In this document: positions 49,401 through 62,130 of the stretch, in pieces
Position numbering within the stretch: position 1 is the stretch's first letter
Layout of the letters: each line of letters starts with the position of its first letter
Source: Felis catus
Lineage: Eukaryota
Direction of reading: 5' to 3'
NCBI RefSeq assembly: GCF_018350175.1
Contig: NC_058368.1
Location: 104,410,001-104,474,000 of the forward strand
Length of the DNA stretch: 64,000 bases
Notes under the pieces: generated by a model
Seen by the model: the letters and a program-made list of their open reading frames with translations, nothing else
Databases searched by the model: none
What the model was told of the DNA's origin: nothing
Program-made: the position numbers and the translations under genes

Positions 49401-50122
49401 AATCATACCATTATTATACAGAGCTAGAGAATGTTTTTAAAAACTTAAGCACGTTTAAAAAAAATTTTTGAGCACCTACTTGGGACAAAGCACCGTTCTA
49501 GGTGCTGTGAATTACAGAGGCGAGTAAGCCCTTCAAAGAGCTTTGTTTGTGATTTTGAAAATTAAAATAATAAAGTTACGGGTCAGACTGAAGGCTGAGG
49601 ATTCATATCGTGAAGATTTTTCAAATATTCAAAGTTGGAAGGACCTACATCCAAACAAACAGGAAAATAAGCAATTTCCTTTGGAGAGGTCCTTTTAGAT
49701 AAAGTAAATATTTGAAAAATTCCAAATAAGTACAATGCAGTAGACACCCCTAAGAATCAATATTGGAAATCTGTCTTGAGCAATATGTAAAGCAAATAAA
49801 TACATGGGAGTTGAATCATGTGATGTTTTTGTTGCTGTTGTTTTTAATCTCAAAAGGACTGCTGACCTCTGCCTACACGCCTGTATTTAGGAGAGGCACT
49901 TGCAGGAGCAATCAGGTTTTCTTTACAAGTAAACTTTGGTTTCTACAAGTAGAAGACAGTAGAATGAATAGAAGCGCTTATCTCCTTAGACTGTAATAAA
50001 ATGTTAACACAAAGGGGAGGGATGTAACTCGGATACAACTGGGAGAGGAGCATCAGGGGAAGAAGAAAGATTGCAACAAATTTCTGGAGGTCAAGGAGAG
50101 GCTGGCAAAGAGAACAGAACAG

Positions 50123-50663
50123 ACGATGGTTAATTTTATGTGTGAACAGGGCTGTGGCGCTCAGGTGTTTGGGCAAACGCTAGTCTCTATGCTGCTGTGA
50201 AGGTATTCTGTAGATGGGATTACTATTTCTTATCATTTGACTTTAAGTAAAGGAGATTACCCTCCATAATTCGAGGGGTGGTGTGTGTGCCTGGGCGTGT
50301 TAATCCAATCAGTTAAAAGCTTTAATAGCAAAATCTGAGGTCTCCCAGGGAAGGAATTCTGCCTCAAGACTGTAACATAGAAGTCCTGCCTGAGTCTCCA
50401 GCCTGCTGGCCGGCCCTGGGGATTTAGGACTCCGAGACTTGCAACATCAAGTCTTACCTGAATTTCGCGCCTGTCGGCCTGATCTACGGATTTTGGACTT
50501 TCCAGCCCCCACAGTCGTGCATGAGAGTCAGTGTCTCAAAATAAATCTATCTCTGTCTCTCTCACTGTATCGGCATTTGTATCTGTAGCTAATTTTATAT
50601 CTGTCATTTACATCTCTATCTCTTTGGTTCCTTCCTCTGGAGAAGAACCCTGGCTGATAGACA
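50123..50663 (+). mobile_element. MLT2-family ERVL solo LTR
   Basis: gatggttaattttatgtgt start, gactttaagtaaaggagattaccctccataat, aattctgcctcaagactg, cagcccccaca...aaaataaatct, ctctggagaagaaccctggctgata end. Confidence 0.85.
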
Positions 50664-50927
50664 CTGAGAGGTAAGAGCCTAGAACATGTAGGAGAAAACT
50701 TTGGGAGAGTGGAAGGGTGGGAGGACGTCAGAGCTGCCTGGCAGTGTCCCAGGAAAGCCCCTGCCTCACCGGGCACCTGCAGCTGAGAACGGGACTCCAA
50801 AGGGGGTGAAAAGGAGAGCGGTTCACTGGGCCGGCGGAGACTCCTCGTGTTTCTCTCCCCTCCCCACCCCCCACCTTAGGTCCGTGCCCGATGCTAGAAA
50901 CCCCAAATTTTACTTTTACAAGTCAAA

Positions 50928-51050
50928 CTGTGCTATATGTAAGATATTAACATTAGGGGAAGCTGGGTGAGGGACATATACAGAAATTCTATTTTTTGGT
51001 AACCTTTCTGTAAATCTAAAATGAGTTCAAAATAAACCGTTAAAAAAAAA
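50928..51050 (+). mobile_element. Ancient L1MC/ME 3' tip
   Basis: taagatattaacattaggggaagctgggtgaggg...tttctgtaaatctaaaa...aaaataaa then A tail. Confidence 0.75.
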
Positions 51051-51183
51051 CTGGCAAGAACTAGAAGGGCTAGAATATGTGCCAACATACTGTGCAGTAA
51101 AACCTTCTCCTCGGGCATTTTAAGCACCATTCCCGCCTCCCACCCCTGCCGCCAAACTCCTAACTAAAAGTCTAGCGCCTTCT

Positions 51184-51427
51184 TTTTCGTTTTTAAAATT
51201 TTTTATCTTTAAAATTTTTTTAACATTTGAGAGAGAGAGAGAGAGAGAGAAAACGAGAGCATGAGCGGGGGAGGGGCAGAGAGAGAAGGAGACACAGAAT
51301 CCAAAGCAGGCTCCAGGCTCCGAGCTGTCAGCACAGAGCCCGACGCGGGGCCTGAACTCACGAACCGCGAGATCATAACCTGAGCTGAAGTCGGAGGCTT
51401 AACCGACTGAGCCACCCTCATGCGCCC
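51184..51427 (-). mobile_element. CAN-SINE (SINEC_Fc2-like)
   Basis: TSD aagtctagcgccttct / aaatctagccccttct. Confidence 0.93.
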
Positions 51428-54024
51428 AAATCTAGCCCCTTCTCAGTGTGGTTTCCATTTTGGACGGGGGGCGCGGGGAGTCCCATGGCTTTTCAATATA
51501 ATCATTTCTCCGTGCTACTTTATTTCTTTAACTGATACCTGTATCATTTTCACAAAAACTTAAAAGGAGAAAACAGAAAAGTTGGTTTCCTTAGACATGA
51601 AGGAGATTGTACACACTTCACTGATGAAGAAAAAAGCCTATGATACTAGGACTAGAGGGGAACAATTTCAAATGCAGACGTAGAGGCTCAAGTAGCAAGA
51701 CCATTTGGAAGTTTCTGAATTGACTTCTTTGTCAGAAAGCAAAGGAATTTTTAATGGCAATTTAGCAACCCCTTCCCCTCCCCCAGATGCTATGGATCTT
51801 GCCAGCATACAAATGCCAGATCCCTGTAAATTTAAGTGTAAAAATGGAGCAAACGTTTCAATGAGTTGGGACACGGACCCAACTCGACCCCTTCCCTTGG
51901 CTCATCTTGACCCCTTCCCTCCGCTGAAGGGTGAGATCTGTGCAGTATTCAGTGCTACTATGGTCCAGCAAACAATGCGTTGTGAACTACGTAAAGGAAA
52001 GAAACCTCTTACTGCTAGCACCGATATGAATACGCGAATCACGATCCGTACAGCACATCACTGATGCTTGTGAACAGCTTCCTCTTCTATCATGCTCTGA
52101 TCCTTAGTGTCTCCTGCAATAGTATCAACTTGCCCTAGGAATAAGAATGAAATTTAGCAGCATGATGGCGTCTTCTATTACAGCATTTTCTTGTCCCTAG
52201 TTTCATTATCGCTGTATTCTTTCCCTTGGCAAAGGTACTCCATGGCCTGCTAAAACGTCTAGCATTGTGAACTCACCATATGCCTAGCAAGCAAGAGTGC
52301 CCCCACATCTCTCCCTGCACTTGCTGCCTCTCGGAATCCACAGACGGGGCCTGCCAATTGGGCCTTCTTCAGGCCGTGTGCAGTATACCAAGGTGAACAA
52401 GTCATCTGGCTGCAAATGCTGGCAGCTCTGGGGGAAACAATTTACTGGACAGTAAGAGGGAAAGCCATCCCGTGGGTTTAGTTAATGCCCAACAGTCACA
52501 AAAGGGCTGGATGCCCCAGGGAATATGGTACAATCAAAACCTGTGACTGTCTCCCCGCCCCCACCCCCACCCAGCCCATCTTCTCCTCTGCTCTCACATT
52601 CTGGTAACTTGGCTCTAAAAAGTGCACCCGCAGGCCCATCTGTAGCTGGAAACAAAACAAACCTCTTCCTCTCCATACCACAGGTATCCTATTTATTGAT
52701 CTTCACCATTCTGTCCAAACTGGTGTCTATAAGAAGAACGTCAAATCAGCCTGATGGAACACAAGACATGTCTGACAATGCTGTAGAGCCTTTCCCAGTA
52801 CCTCTGAGGAGGACACATGCTCGGGGAAGTAAGAACAGGCGCTTGCAACTCTGTGGCTGATAGGTGGGTACTGAATGGACATTTCCATTTGCTTCCATGA
52901 AGCAAAATCAGACAGAAAATGATCATTTTCCATCTACTCTCCCCCCCCACCCCGCCCCTCTTTCTGTTTTGTTAGAGTGGAGTTGAGGGTAAAGTACAAA
53001 AGCCCCACGGAGTCGAGTGCCCTTGGCTGAATGTTTTCCTTGGTCAGGATCACTCCATGAATTCCTACTCAAACACAGTGAGTAACCCGTTCCTGGAGGG
53101 TTACTGGCTGGATTTGCGGGTCACGGTTGCCTGTATGGTTACCACAGAACTCTGAAGGTTACCAGAGGGCATCAGACATTCCACAAGTCACTGATTTTTT
53201 TTTTTTCCTTCCTGTTTGGGATGCCCCCGCCGATTCTAAAGCCAGCTACCGTGACCCACAATAGGCCACAGGAGGACCAAGCCTCCAACGCAAATAGCCT
53301 TTGAACTGATTTTCCTGTTGAGCATAAAGGTGCTGACCATAGCCAAGGCCAGAAAGCACTCAGACATATTTCCCCTGCTTTAGGGCTGAGGCCAGGTGTG
53401 GAGGCCAACTCCATAATCCCTGATTTCAACCAAACATAAACTAGGTGATAAGAAGCCTCGCCTGCAAAGTGTCTCCACTGGTCAGGATCTGAAAGCATTC
53501 GGGTGAGGAGGTAAAAGAAATCAGCTGTTAGGCAGTTGAGAGTTTGTCCAAGGCTTGGAAATATCACCTTTTAAAAGATGTGCCATCTTCAGATTCCCAG
53601 GACTCGACCTTGTCGATGACATCAGCACCAGGACACCCAGCGACTGCCTGAGGGCTGGGAAATGACTCTGTGGCCAGCTAGATTTTCGGAGCTTATCTGC
53701 AAAGCTACTCTAATCTCCTCTGAATATCAGGGCAGAGTCTTGCCAAGCAGCCAAACACTCACTTTAATCATTTTTAGTTAGGAGACAAAAAAAAGTTCTG
53801 TTTATAAATAAAAAGCTTAACCCATTGAGTTGGGGTCCACATCCCTATTCCATTTCTCTTTTCCTCTCAAGGTACCCACAGCTGAGGCAGGACAAGCAAA
53901 ACGACACCTTGAGGGATCTTCAATCTCCCTGGAATATATAATCCTCTCAAAATGATCTAAAATGGTGTGGATGTAACCTTAAAGGTGGACCTCCCTCGGT
54001 GAATATTATAGCAACGCAAAAACA

Positions 54025-54615
54025 GAAAAGCCACTTTGAAAAATGATTCAGCAGTTTCTTATAAGAATTAAACATACACCTGTCATTCAACTCAGCAATC
54101 TCATGCTTAGGTATTTATTTAAGGTAGATGACAACACATATTCCCACACAAAAAATGGGATAGGAATGTTTATTCATAATGACCCCACTGTGGAAAGAAC
54201 CCAGATGTCCTTCCACTGGTGAAGAGATAAACAGTAGTACATTTATACGATGAAGGGAATCCTACTGAGCAATAAAAAGGAACTAGCTACCGATGCACAG
54301 AGCAACATGGAGGGATCTCATTATGCTGTATGAAAGAAACCAGACTCAGAAGCCTGCATGGCGTATGATTTCCTTTATAGTACATCCTGGAAAAGGCAAA
54401 ATTACAGGGTCAGAAAACAGGTCAGTAGTGGCCAGGGGCTAGGTGTGCAAGGGAAGGTTGACTTCAAGAGGGCATAAAAGAAATTTGGGGAGTGCTGATG
54501 CTCTCTTGTATCTTGATCACAATGGTCATCATACACCCGTATGCATTTGTTAAAATGCATGGTCCTGTACACTAAAAAAAGGGTAAACTTAGTCCAAGTT
54601 ACACCTCAATGAACC
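54025..54615 (+). mobile_element. Ancient L1M 3' end
   Basis: agccactttgaaaa...cagcaatctcatgcttaggtattta...agcaataaaaaggaact...cagtagtggccagggg. Confidence 0.82.
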
Positions 54616-56451
54616 CAACCTGAAACTAAAATCTCAGTGTCAAAGGCTCAATGATTAACAAAGGCAGACGTCAAAACAACAGATTAACTTCCTGCCTACA
54701 TCAAGATCTGGAGGCCTTCTCCCAGGCCGGTCCGGTGGGACTCAGAAGCCGTGTACTACTCAGTTACCTTTGGGCACAGAGTTTAAATAAAGCACTAATA
54801 CATAAATCAATACGGCCACTGTGCCAGCATGCTACTGTGCATGAGGTTACTCATTTAGGATGTTCTGAAGCCTGTTCTTCATGAGACAGCTTCTCACATT
54901 CTGACATTAAGGTGCTATTTATTTTCCAGGGTGGTGCATGGTTCCTACTTTGCTTCTCCTAGAGTTCTAACTGCTTGGATGCCACAGGTTATGTGATCCC
55001 CGGAGTCAAGCAATTATTTCAGACAGAGAACTCAAGCCTGCCCTGTGCTTGTGTTTTCTATAAATGAAGTGGTAAGTGAAAAAACAAATGAATGAATGCA
55101 CCACATTAATCGTTAACAGTCCAGCTGGACATAACAAAGAGAAAAAAGGGACTTCCCTAATTCTGTGATATGCTTATAGATGACTTGGCTCAGAATTATT
55201 TTTGGCAGAGAAACACTCACGTCCTGGGCATGCAAAGGTTTTTGCTTACTTTTCCACCGGATGCCACGACTATAGTATAATAGAGTGTCTCCATTTTGAA
55301 TGGTTATGATTTGAAACTAGGCTTGCTTTCTCCCCTTTTTCCCAACAGAAAGGTTTACTGAGAATCCACTATATGGAAATAAATGCTAAGGGCAGATGGA
55401 ATGAGAAACTCGAAGATGCAGCCTTTCAGCAGCCTACTACAGCTACCCAAGTACGTCCAGTGGAAGGCGGAGTGTGATATGTGGTGAGCAGAAGCATAAC
55501 TACGGCGCTAAGCAGCAAGGGGGAGGGGGACTGGATCTGTCTGGGAAGGCGGAATTCAAGCCCAGCTGTGGAGGATGAGATGTGGGACTGCAGACATTCC
55601 AGGCCAAGGAACTACTTTGCATAACGGGCCTTATGGGTGCAGATTTGCTTAAATCACTTTTCAGCTGGCATCCTGGAGCCTGAAAGTCATGGGTATTACA
55701 TTTGGGGAGGGGGGAAGGTGTGGGGAGGGGGGGGGAGGATTTCATGATCTTTAGGCCTCGGGCCTCTCTGTTCTCTGAGAGTCTGGTGCTCCCCTATTCC
55801 CTCATGCACTAGAGCATCACATGTTTACGTCACCTGCCTTGTCCATATAGAGTCATTTCAGCCGGGACCCAGGTCACTCGTGGTCGATCACTGGGTTATG
55901 AAGAGTCAAGTTTGGGAAACAATGACAACAGGGAAAGGGACAGGAGGGCACAGAGGTGGTGGCTTTAAACAGGGTTAGAGTACTTGCTCCCCTCCAGTGG
56001 GGTCTGGATCCAGGATCTTTAATCACCTCAGGGAGCAGTGTTAGTGAAAACACTAATAATGAATGCATGAGAACCTTCGCTGCCGCATTATCATTACCGA
56101 TAAGACACCGGTAATCATCCAAAGGCTCATCATCAGGGAAACACTGTCCTCCTTTAGCAAGGGCGGGGATGGGAGGAAGAAGAGAATATCCTCCGTGGTC
56201 AACAGGCTTGCTATTTCTCACCACCTGATACCCCAAAGTGAAAGGACCAGGGAACTCAGGCCAGTCTTGCCTGTAGCTTCAGATCCTGTTTCTAACAGAA
56301 ACAGTCGAATAACCGATTTATCTTCCTAAATGCCAGTTTACCCAAAATGACTGGACACTGTATTTTTTTAGTAAGAGTATCCTTTTTCTGTATCTTCTGT
56401 CTCTCTCTCTCTCGAGACATTGTTAGGTCAGCAACAATTTCCATGTTCAAT

Positions 56452-56558
56452 TAAGTTTATTTATTATTTTTAGTAATCTTTACCCCCAAGGTGGGGCTTG
56501 AACTCAACCCTGTGATCAAGAGTCACATGTTTTTCCGGCTGAGCCAGCCGGGCGTCTC
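56452..56558 (-). mobile_element. Short ancestral-type CAN-SINE (close to tRNA-Lys)
   Basis: agtaatctttacccccaaggtggggcttgaactc...gatcaagagtcacatg...ctgagccagccgggcg. Confidence 0.78.
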
Positions 56559-57280
56559 TGTGTCGATTGAGTACATGTGGTCAACCTAGGCTTGACTGCT
56601 ACCATTCTTGAGGAATGGGCCATGTGTGCCATAGCGTCGATGTGGCAAGGAAACACGGCCAGTTATTTTAGAAGATGATCAAAATCAATAGTCGGCTGAT
56701 TATTTATCATTAGCCAGGAGACACTGAAAGACTTTTAGTACAGAAACCCAGTGGAGGTTACTGGCACTCTAAGGACAACCGAGGAAATACTAAGGGGGAG
56801 GAAATAGAGTGTTAGCGTATTCCTGAAAGCCCTCCTTGCTGGCAGTGTAAAATAATCCTTTCAATGGCAGGAAATAACATATCTCACAACACGGGAATTC
56901 CTAGGTCGTGGGGGTTTTCTTTTACTTTATGTGGGTCACAGAGTAAACTGCAAAACTTGATGGGCAAGGAAAGGGGGGGTGGTGGTGGAAGGGGGATCAT
57001 GGAAATGCAAAAGAAGCATCTTCCAAGTGGCCCCAGTGAGCCGAATAACCGCGAACCAATCAGGCTGGGCTGCTGATCAGAAAACAGAAGATGCTGACCT
57101 GTGGTGAACCAGAATTCTGCTCCAGCAGCTGAAGGGTAAAGCCCAAAGTTCCTGCTCCCTTTTCATGCCACTCCTCCGCTTTCCTCCACTTGGAGAACCC
57201 GCTCCAGCTTGGATCAGGGGTGAAACTGAAGCAGCTACCCTAAATGGGCTTTTGGCTTCGTACCAACAGGCTTGTTTCTT

Positions 57281-57499
57281 TTTAATTTTTTTTTTTTAAC
57301 GTTTATTTATTTTTGGGACAGAGAGAGCCAGAGCATGAACGGGGGAAGGGCAGAGAGAGAGGGAGACACAGAATCGGAAACAGGCTCCAGGCTCCGAGCC
57401 ATCAGCCCAGAGCCTGACGCGGAGCTCGAACTCACGGACCGCGAGATCGTGACCTGGCTGAAGTCGGACGCTTAACCGACTGCGCCACCCAGGCGCCCC
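57281..57499 (-). mobile_element. Young feline CAN-SINE (SINEC_Fc-like)
   Basis: Perfect 18 bp TSD ccaacaggcttgtttctt 57263-57280 / 57500-57517. Confidence 0.97.
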
Positions 57500-57569
57500 C
57501 CAACAGGCTTGTTTCTTGACTTGACTCTCAGCAACCCCTGTGCAAACACTCAGCATTCCATGGCTGAGG

Positions 57570-57570
<1 letters not shown>

Positions 57571-57606
<36 letters not shown>
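57571..57606. repeat. (CA)18 microsatellite
   Basis: Perfect CA run. Confidence 0.97.
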
Positions 57607-57609
<3 letters not shown>

Positions 57610-59030
57610 CAGCCATCAGGTGGGACTCAGGTGGGACGGCCGCAAATGTACTTTCACACCCTGGGGAGAAGAGGTGGGGGTGGGGAGGTGAGGTGGGGGA
57701 AGGCCAAGAATCGGGGGGAGAGGAGGGAGCTTCACGGACGCTATAAAATCCACGCCAGGAGGAAACGAACAGATATCTCCACGGATATCAACCTGAGAAA
57801 GGTGGTCTTTTCAACAAGAAGCTCACTCCTTCGCCTGCACCACTTCTTTCCTGCCGATCCCAGGCCAGGCCAAAACAAACTGAAAGACTATTACGATTTG
57901 TGGTCAAGAGAACAAGCTCCAAAATATTTGTGGATGTGACTTCAGGAGGCCCCACAGCGACAGACTGAAGTACGACACTAAGACTGGAAATGTGGTGCCA
58001 CAGGCACAAGACATCAGGAGGAAGGTGCACCTGCCAAAAAACCGGCGAAGTTTCCAGAAAGTACCCTCTCAGCAACCCCGCTGAAGGAGAACTAGCATAT
58101 TGAACTTTCCACATAATTGCTTTTCAGGTCTGTCTCCCAGATAATCCCTCAGTGAATACCTAAGTCAGCAAAACAACTGGAATTTTTATATTGATCGTGT
58201 AACACTGGCAGGTCTGTGAGCTATAGGCCTCAGTCGGGGCAAACACATAAAATATTGCCAGTTGGTATAAGAAGTTTTTAGCTAATGTAGATGGTTTGGA
58301 AAAGGGGGCCATTTTCTTTCTCTTTTTTCAGGTGGCAGACTTTTTTTTTTTTTCTCTTCTTATATGGTGCCTAATTTTATGGCATTTATGCCCCAACCAA
58401 CTTCCAATGAGCCCATGAGAGCCAGCCCAGCACAACCTCCTGAGTAGCCTGCGCCTTGGGGACAAGGAGCCACCTTACAGGGCGAAAACCTCAATGACTT
58501 GACCTGCATCCTGGGCCTCCAAGCTTCAATCCTTGTTCTCCAGACTACTTTCTGACCGACTTTCAGATCGGGCCCTCCCTGTGCTACTCCCAGCCATAAA
58601 CGGACCTCACTGCCACTGCACTTTCTGCACACACAGTCACCTGGTGGTAATGTGTCCCAGCCGATTTAGTCCCTGGTGCTCTGGCATTGGAGGGGGGCAT
58701 CACTGCCCCTCAAAGACGGATGTATTTTCAAAACTTGCTGTTTGTTTCCAGAGGGCCAACTCTTCTCTAAATCAAATACGCGATCTAACCTGTCCAATAA
58801 ACATACCAAACACCTTTCATTGCAAGACCGTCAGCACTAAGGGGATAGTGGATAAGGCACTGCCCTCCCCCTCACAGAACTGAGGCATTACTAATGCACC
58901 ACGCTGGGTGGAAGTCAGACCAGGCCATCAGGGCCATGTTATGGAGCAAAGCAAATAATACCAATGCCTTACAGTCACCCCAAACTTCATAGTTTTCAAA
59001 GAGCTATTCCGTGTATTTTAAGATTCATGA

Positions 59031-59248
59031 CTTTTTAACATTTTTATTTATTTTTGAGAGGCAGAGAGATACACAGCACGCGCAGGGGAGGGGCAGAGAG
59101 AGAGGGAGACACAGAATTCGAAGCAGGCTCCAACCTGACAGCTGTGCCGACAGCTCAGAGCCCAACGTGGGGCTCGAACCCACCAGTTGTGAGATCATGA
59201 CCTGAGCCGAAGTCGGTCGCTGAATCAACTGAGCCACCCCGGCACCCC
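59031..59248 (-). mobile_element. CAN-SINE
   Basis: Reverse SINE; attcatga on both flanks. Confidence 0.9.
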
Positions 59249-59374
59249 TACTATTCATGATCTTAAGTCAAATTTTCACTAGTTGAAAGAGATCCTTCAC
59301 ATCATTTCCCCAACTTCATTTGTGCTGGGGCTGTTCCCCTCCCCTCTGGCAGACCCCCCTCATTAACTTCCCTA

Positions 59375-59615
59375 TCCCCCAAACCTAGGAGGCATCATGC
59401 TTCCATCCGTTCCTTATCACACATAGTGAGATCGTTATCAAGTCCCGTTTGTCCTTCCACCTTGAAATTATACACCGTCTCCATCGCCACTGTTTTCATC
59501 TTCCCCAAGCCATCATCAGATCTCACCTGAATTATTCAGGTAGCCTCTTAATTGGTTCCTCTGCTTCCACTTGTGCCCACGTCCAATCTGTTCTCCATGC
59601 CACGGTGAATGATCA
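59375..59615 (+). mobile_element. LINE-2 fragment
   Basis: caagccatcatcagatctcacctgaattattcaggtagcctcttaattgg...tgcttccac...aatctgttctcca. Confidence 0.7.
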
Positions 59616-60879
59616 GGGAAAGTTGTGGTGGATTTGGTCCTGGCCACTTTTATTTGCTCTAGAACAGTGGGCGGTGTTAGAACACGAAGCAGGATGAGGA
59701 ATAATCTGGATATGGCAGTGTCACTGACCTCACACCCTCACTCCTCTTTGAAAAGGCAAGAATGAATTACTTTACATAAGGCTCAAGAAAGACAGCTGTA
59801 ATCATTTGGATGCATGCCACTTAGAGACATGGCGGAATGGAAAAGACGCATAGTGACACATTCCAGAGGGCATGGAATGGGAAACAGAGGAAGACCAGGG
59901 ATGAACAGAGTAGACTCGGTGAAGCATGACAAGGCACAAAAGGATGTAAAGAATGAAGCTGGGAAGCCAGTGAGGTTTCCCAGCCACCAGAAAGACATTA
60001 ACCCTATTGCGAATGATGAAACCAGTTGAGAATTCCCTCCACACAGCGAGGCCTTGAAGGGTAAAGATCTCCCATTATCTCAGCCCCAATACCATTTGTC
60101 TGGTGATCATCAGAAGACCAAGGCATAGAGATGAGGGTTCTATTTAAAATGTTTATTAGTTGGCCAGTTCCTTCTCCACCTCTTGCTTTTAAGTCTGGCC
60201 TGTATGCAACTGGCACACCGTTTTGTGATTGAAACATGTACTGCCTGTCACTGTTCTTGGCGTCTCGTTCGTTGAGAATAAACTCATGTTGTATTTGGAT
60301 GGACAGAGAAACTTACAGTGTAAAAGATCTAAAGGGATGAAACGGACACAGAGATGATGGAAAGCAGTTTCTCCAGCCCCACCCAGCCTGGAGCACACTG
60401 TTACTATGCTCCATCAGGGTTGGTCCGTTTGTTTTCTGCGCCGACTTAAAAACGGTTAGTTATTTCAGCATCCCAGTGCCGCAATGGCACTGGCACTAAG
60501 AATACCACATCGGAGTGGAAACTGTCAACAGGCCATTTCCCAGAGCCTGGACAACTATGCCTGCAGGTGAAACAGCATCACTTCGGAGCCTCTAGAAGGT
60601 GTTAGAGGCCATTAGCATCCCTTTGATATTTTTAACACACAGAATTCAAGCCCTGATCACATTTCAGGGTATATGCGCCCCTTGCTGCAAGCCCCCGTTC
60701 CTTTCATAACTCAGACATTAGGGGGGGGAATTATTGTTTTCTGAACCAAAGCTTAGCTGTTACTACAGTGGAGAATCCTGGCGGGAACCTCTGCCTGGAG
60801 GGAGCGATCGATAACTTGGAGTGGAGAGCAGAGGGCAGAGAGCAGACCGCAAGTCCCCCTGGACAGAGGACTTGAGGAC

Positions 60880-60960
60880 AGAGATCCTGTCTTGTTTGTC
60901 TCTTTAGTCCCAGAACTTCGCAGGCGCTCAGCACTCACTAACGCTTGTTGAATTGAACTG
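60880..60960 (+). mobile_element. LINE-2 3' tip
   Basis: tgtcttgtttgtctctttagtcccag...gcactcactaacgcttgttgaattgaa. Confidence 0.5.
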
Positions 60961-62104
60961 ACAGGTGTAAGAAAAGAGAAGAGAAGAGCCCAGGGGTGGA
61001 GACCTGGTGAATGGGGTGGGAAGGGAACTAGAAAAATAAGTGTTTGTGGGGGGGAGGGTGTTCGAGGAGTAAAGAACTCTGGTAGGAAATGAGTGGAGAG
61101 AAAACAAATTAGAAAAAAAAAAAAAGGGAGAACCAAATGTTAGGATGCCACAAAAACATTCCAGGTGTGCATACGTGCACCAGACCCACACGCTCACGCA
61201 CAGGTGGGCACAAGCACCCTCAATACCAGTGGGGAGTCAGAGCTCTCTACAGGGACAGAAGGGCAGGGGGGTCTTGGAGGCACCCTGTTTGTTTTAGGTC
61301 CTGCTTCCGGCACCGGGGAAAGGGGAGGGAGGCTGCGGCAGCTGAGAGGTAAACAAACACCATTTGGAGGCGGCACTCAGGCCACAGGTGTGTCCACGGG
61401 CAGTGTGGGCACAGACACTGGATTCCACGGGTCTTTCCTTCCAGGCACAGGAACACGTGGGATAAGCCCTCCTCACCAGTTCTGGAGGAGATCCCTCCCC
61501 GCCCCCCAGTCCTATTTCCTAACAATAAACCCAAATTACCTGACAGTCCACCTTGTTTTTATCATCTATACATAGCAATGAGGAAGCTGTTCCCTATAAA
61601 TAGGTTTGCACAACCGGGCTGTGCCTTTTGCAAACATTAAAGTGGAAACGGCCCTGACGCAGATCAATAGTGCTTGCCTATTTCCCTGTGCTGCTCTGTT
61701 TATTTTTAGTCCCCACAAAGAGCCCAATATTTGTAGGAAAAACTCTACATCACCTTCAAGAATATTACCAACTAATGACCTGAGCAGAAAAAACAATTTT
61801 GCATTTACTTTATTCCTATCATTCCTTTTTTTTTTTCTTTTTTCTTTTTTCCTTATAGGAATAAATTCAGACTCGGCAGGAATTTGTTCTACTACCTCAT
61901 TACATAGATTCAGGCCTTTGGGGAAAGAGATCATGAAGCTTATAAAATTCCATACCTCCTTTATTACTGCCTGTTTTCTTCCATTTGCCAATTTATCTAA
62001 GAGTTCAGTGCTCTATTCCACAGGCAGGGGAGTGCATGCTGGTGCACGTAAACCCAAAGAGTGAGCTTTGGTTGCTTAGAAATAGGAAGGAGTGTGACCC
62101 GCCA

Positions 62105-62130
62105 CCCCCCCCCCCCCCCCCCCCCCCCCC
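62105..62130 (+). repeat. C26 homopolymer
   Basis: Uninterrupted C run. Confidence 0.95.

Noticed and set aside
16602..57616. Recurrent peptide GAPGWRSRLSVRLQPGHDLAVREFEPRV... in many ORFs
   Set aside because: Translation of CAN-SINE copies, not a gene family
57840..58130. Purine-rich, coding-looking stretch as a processed pseudogene
   Set aside because: No recognisable protein in the frames examined, and no poly-A or TSD
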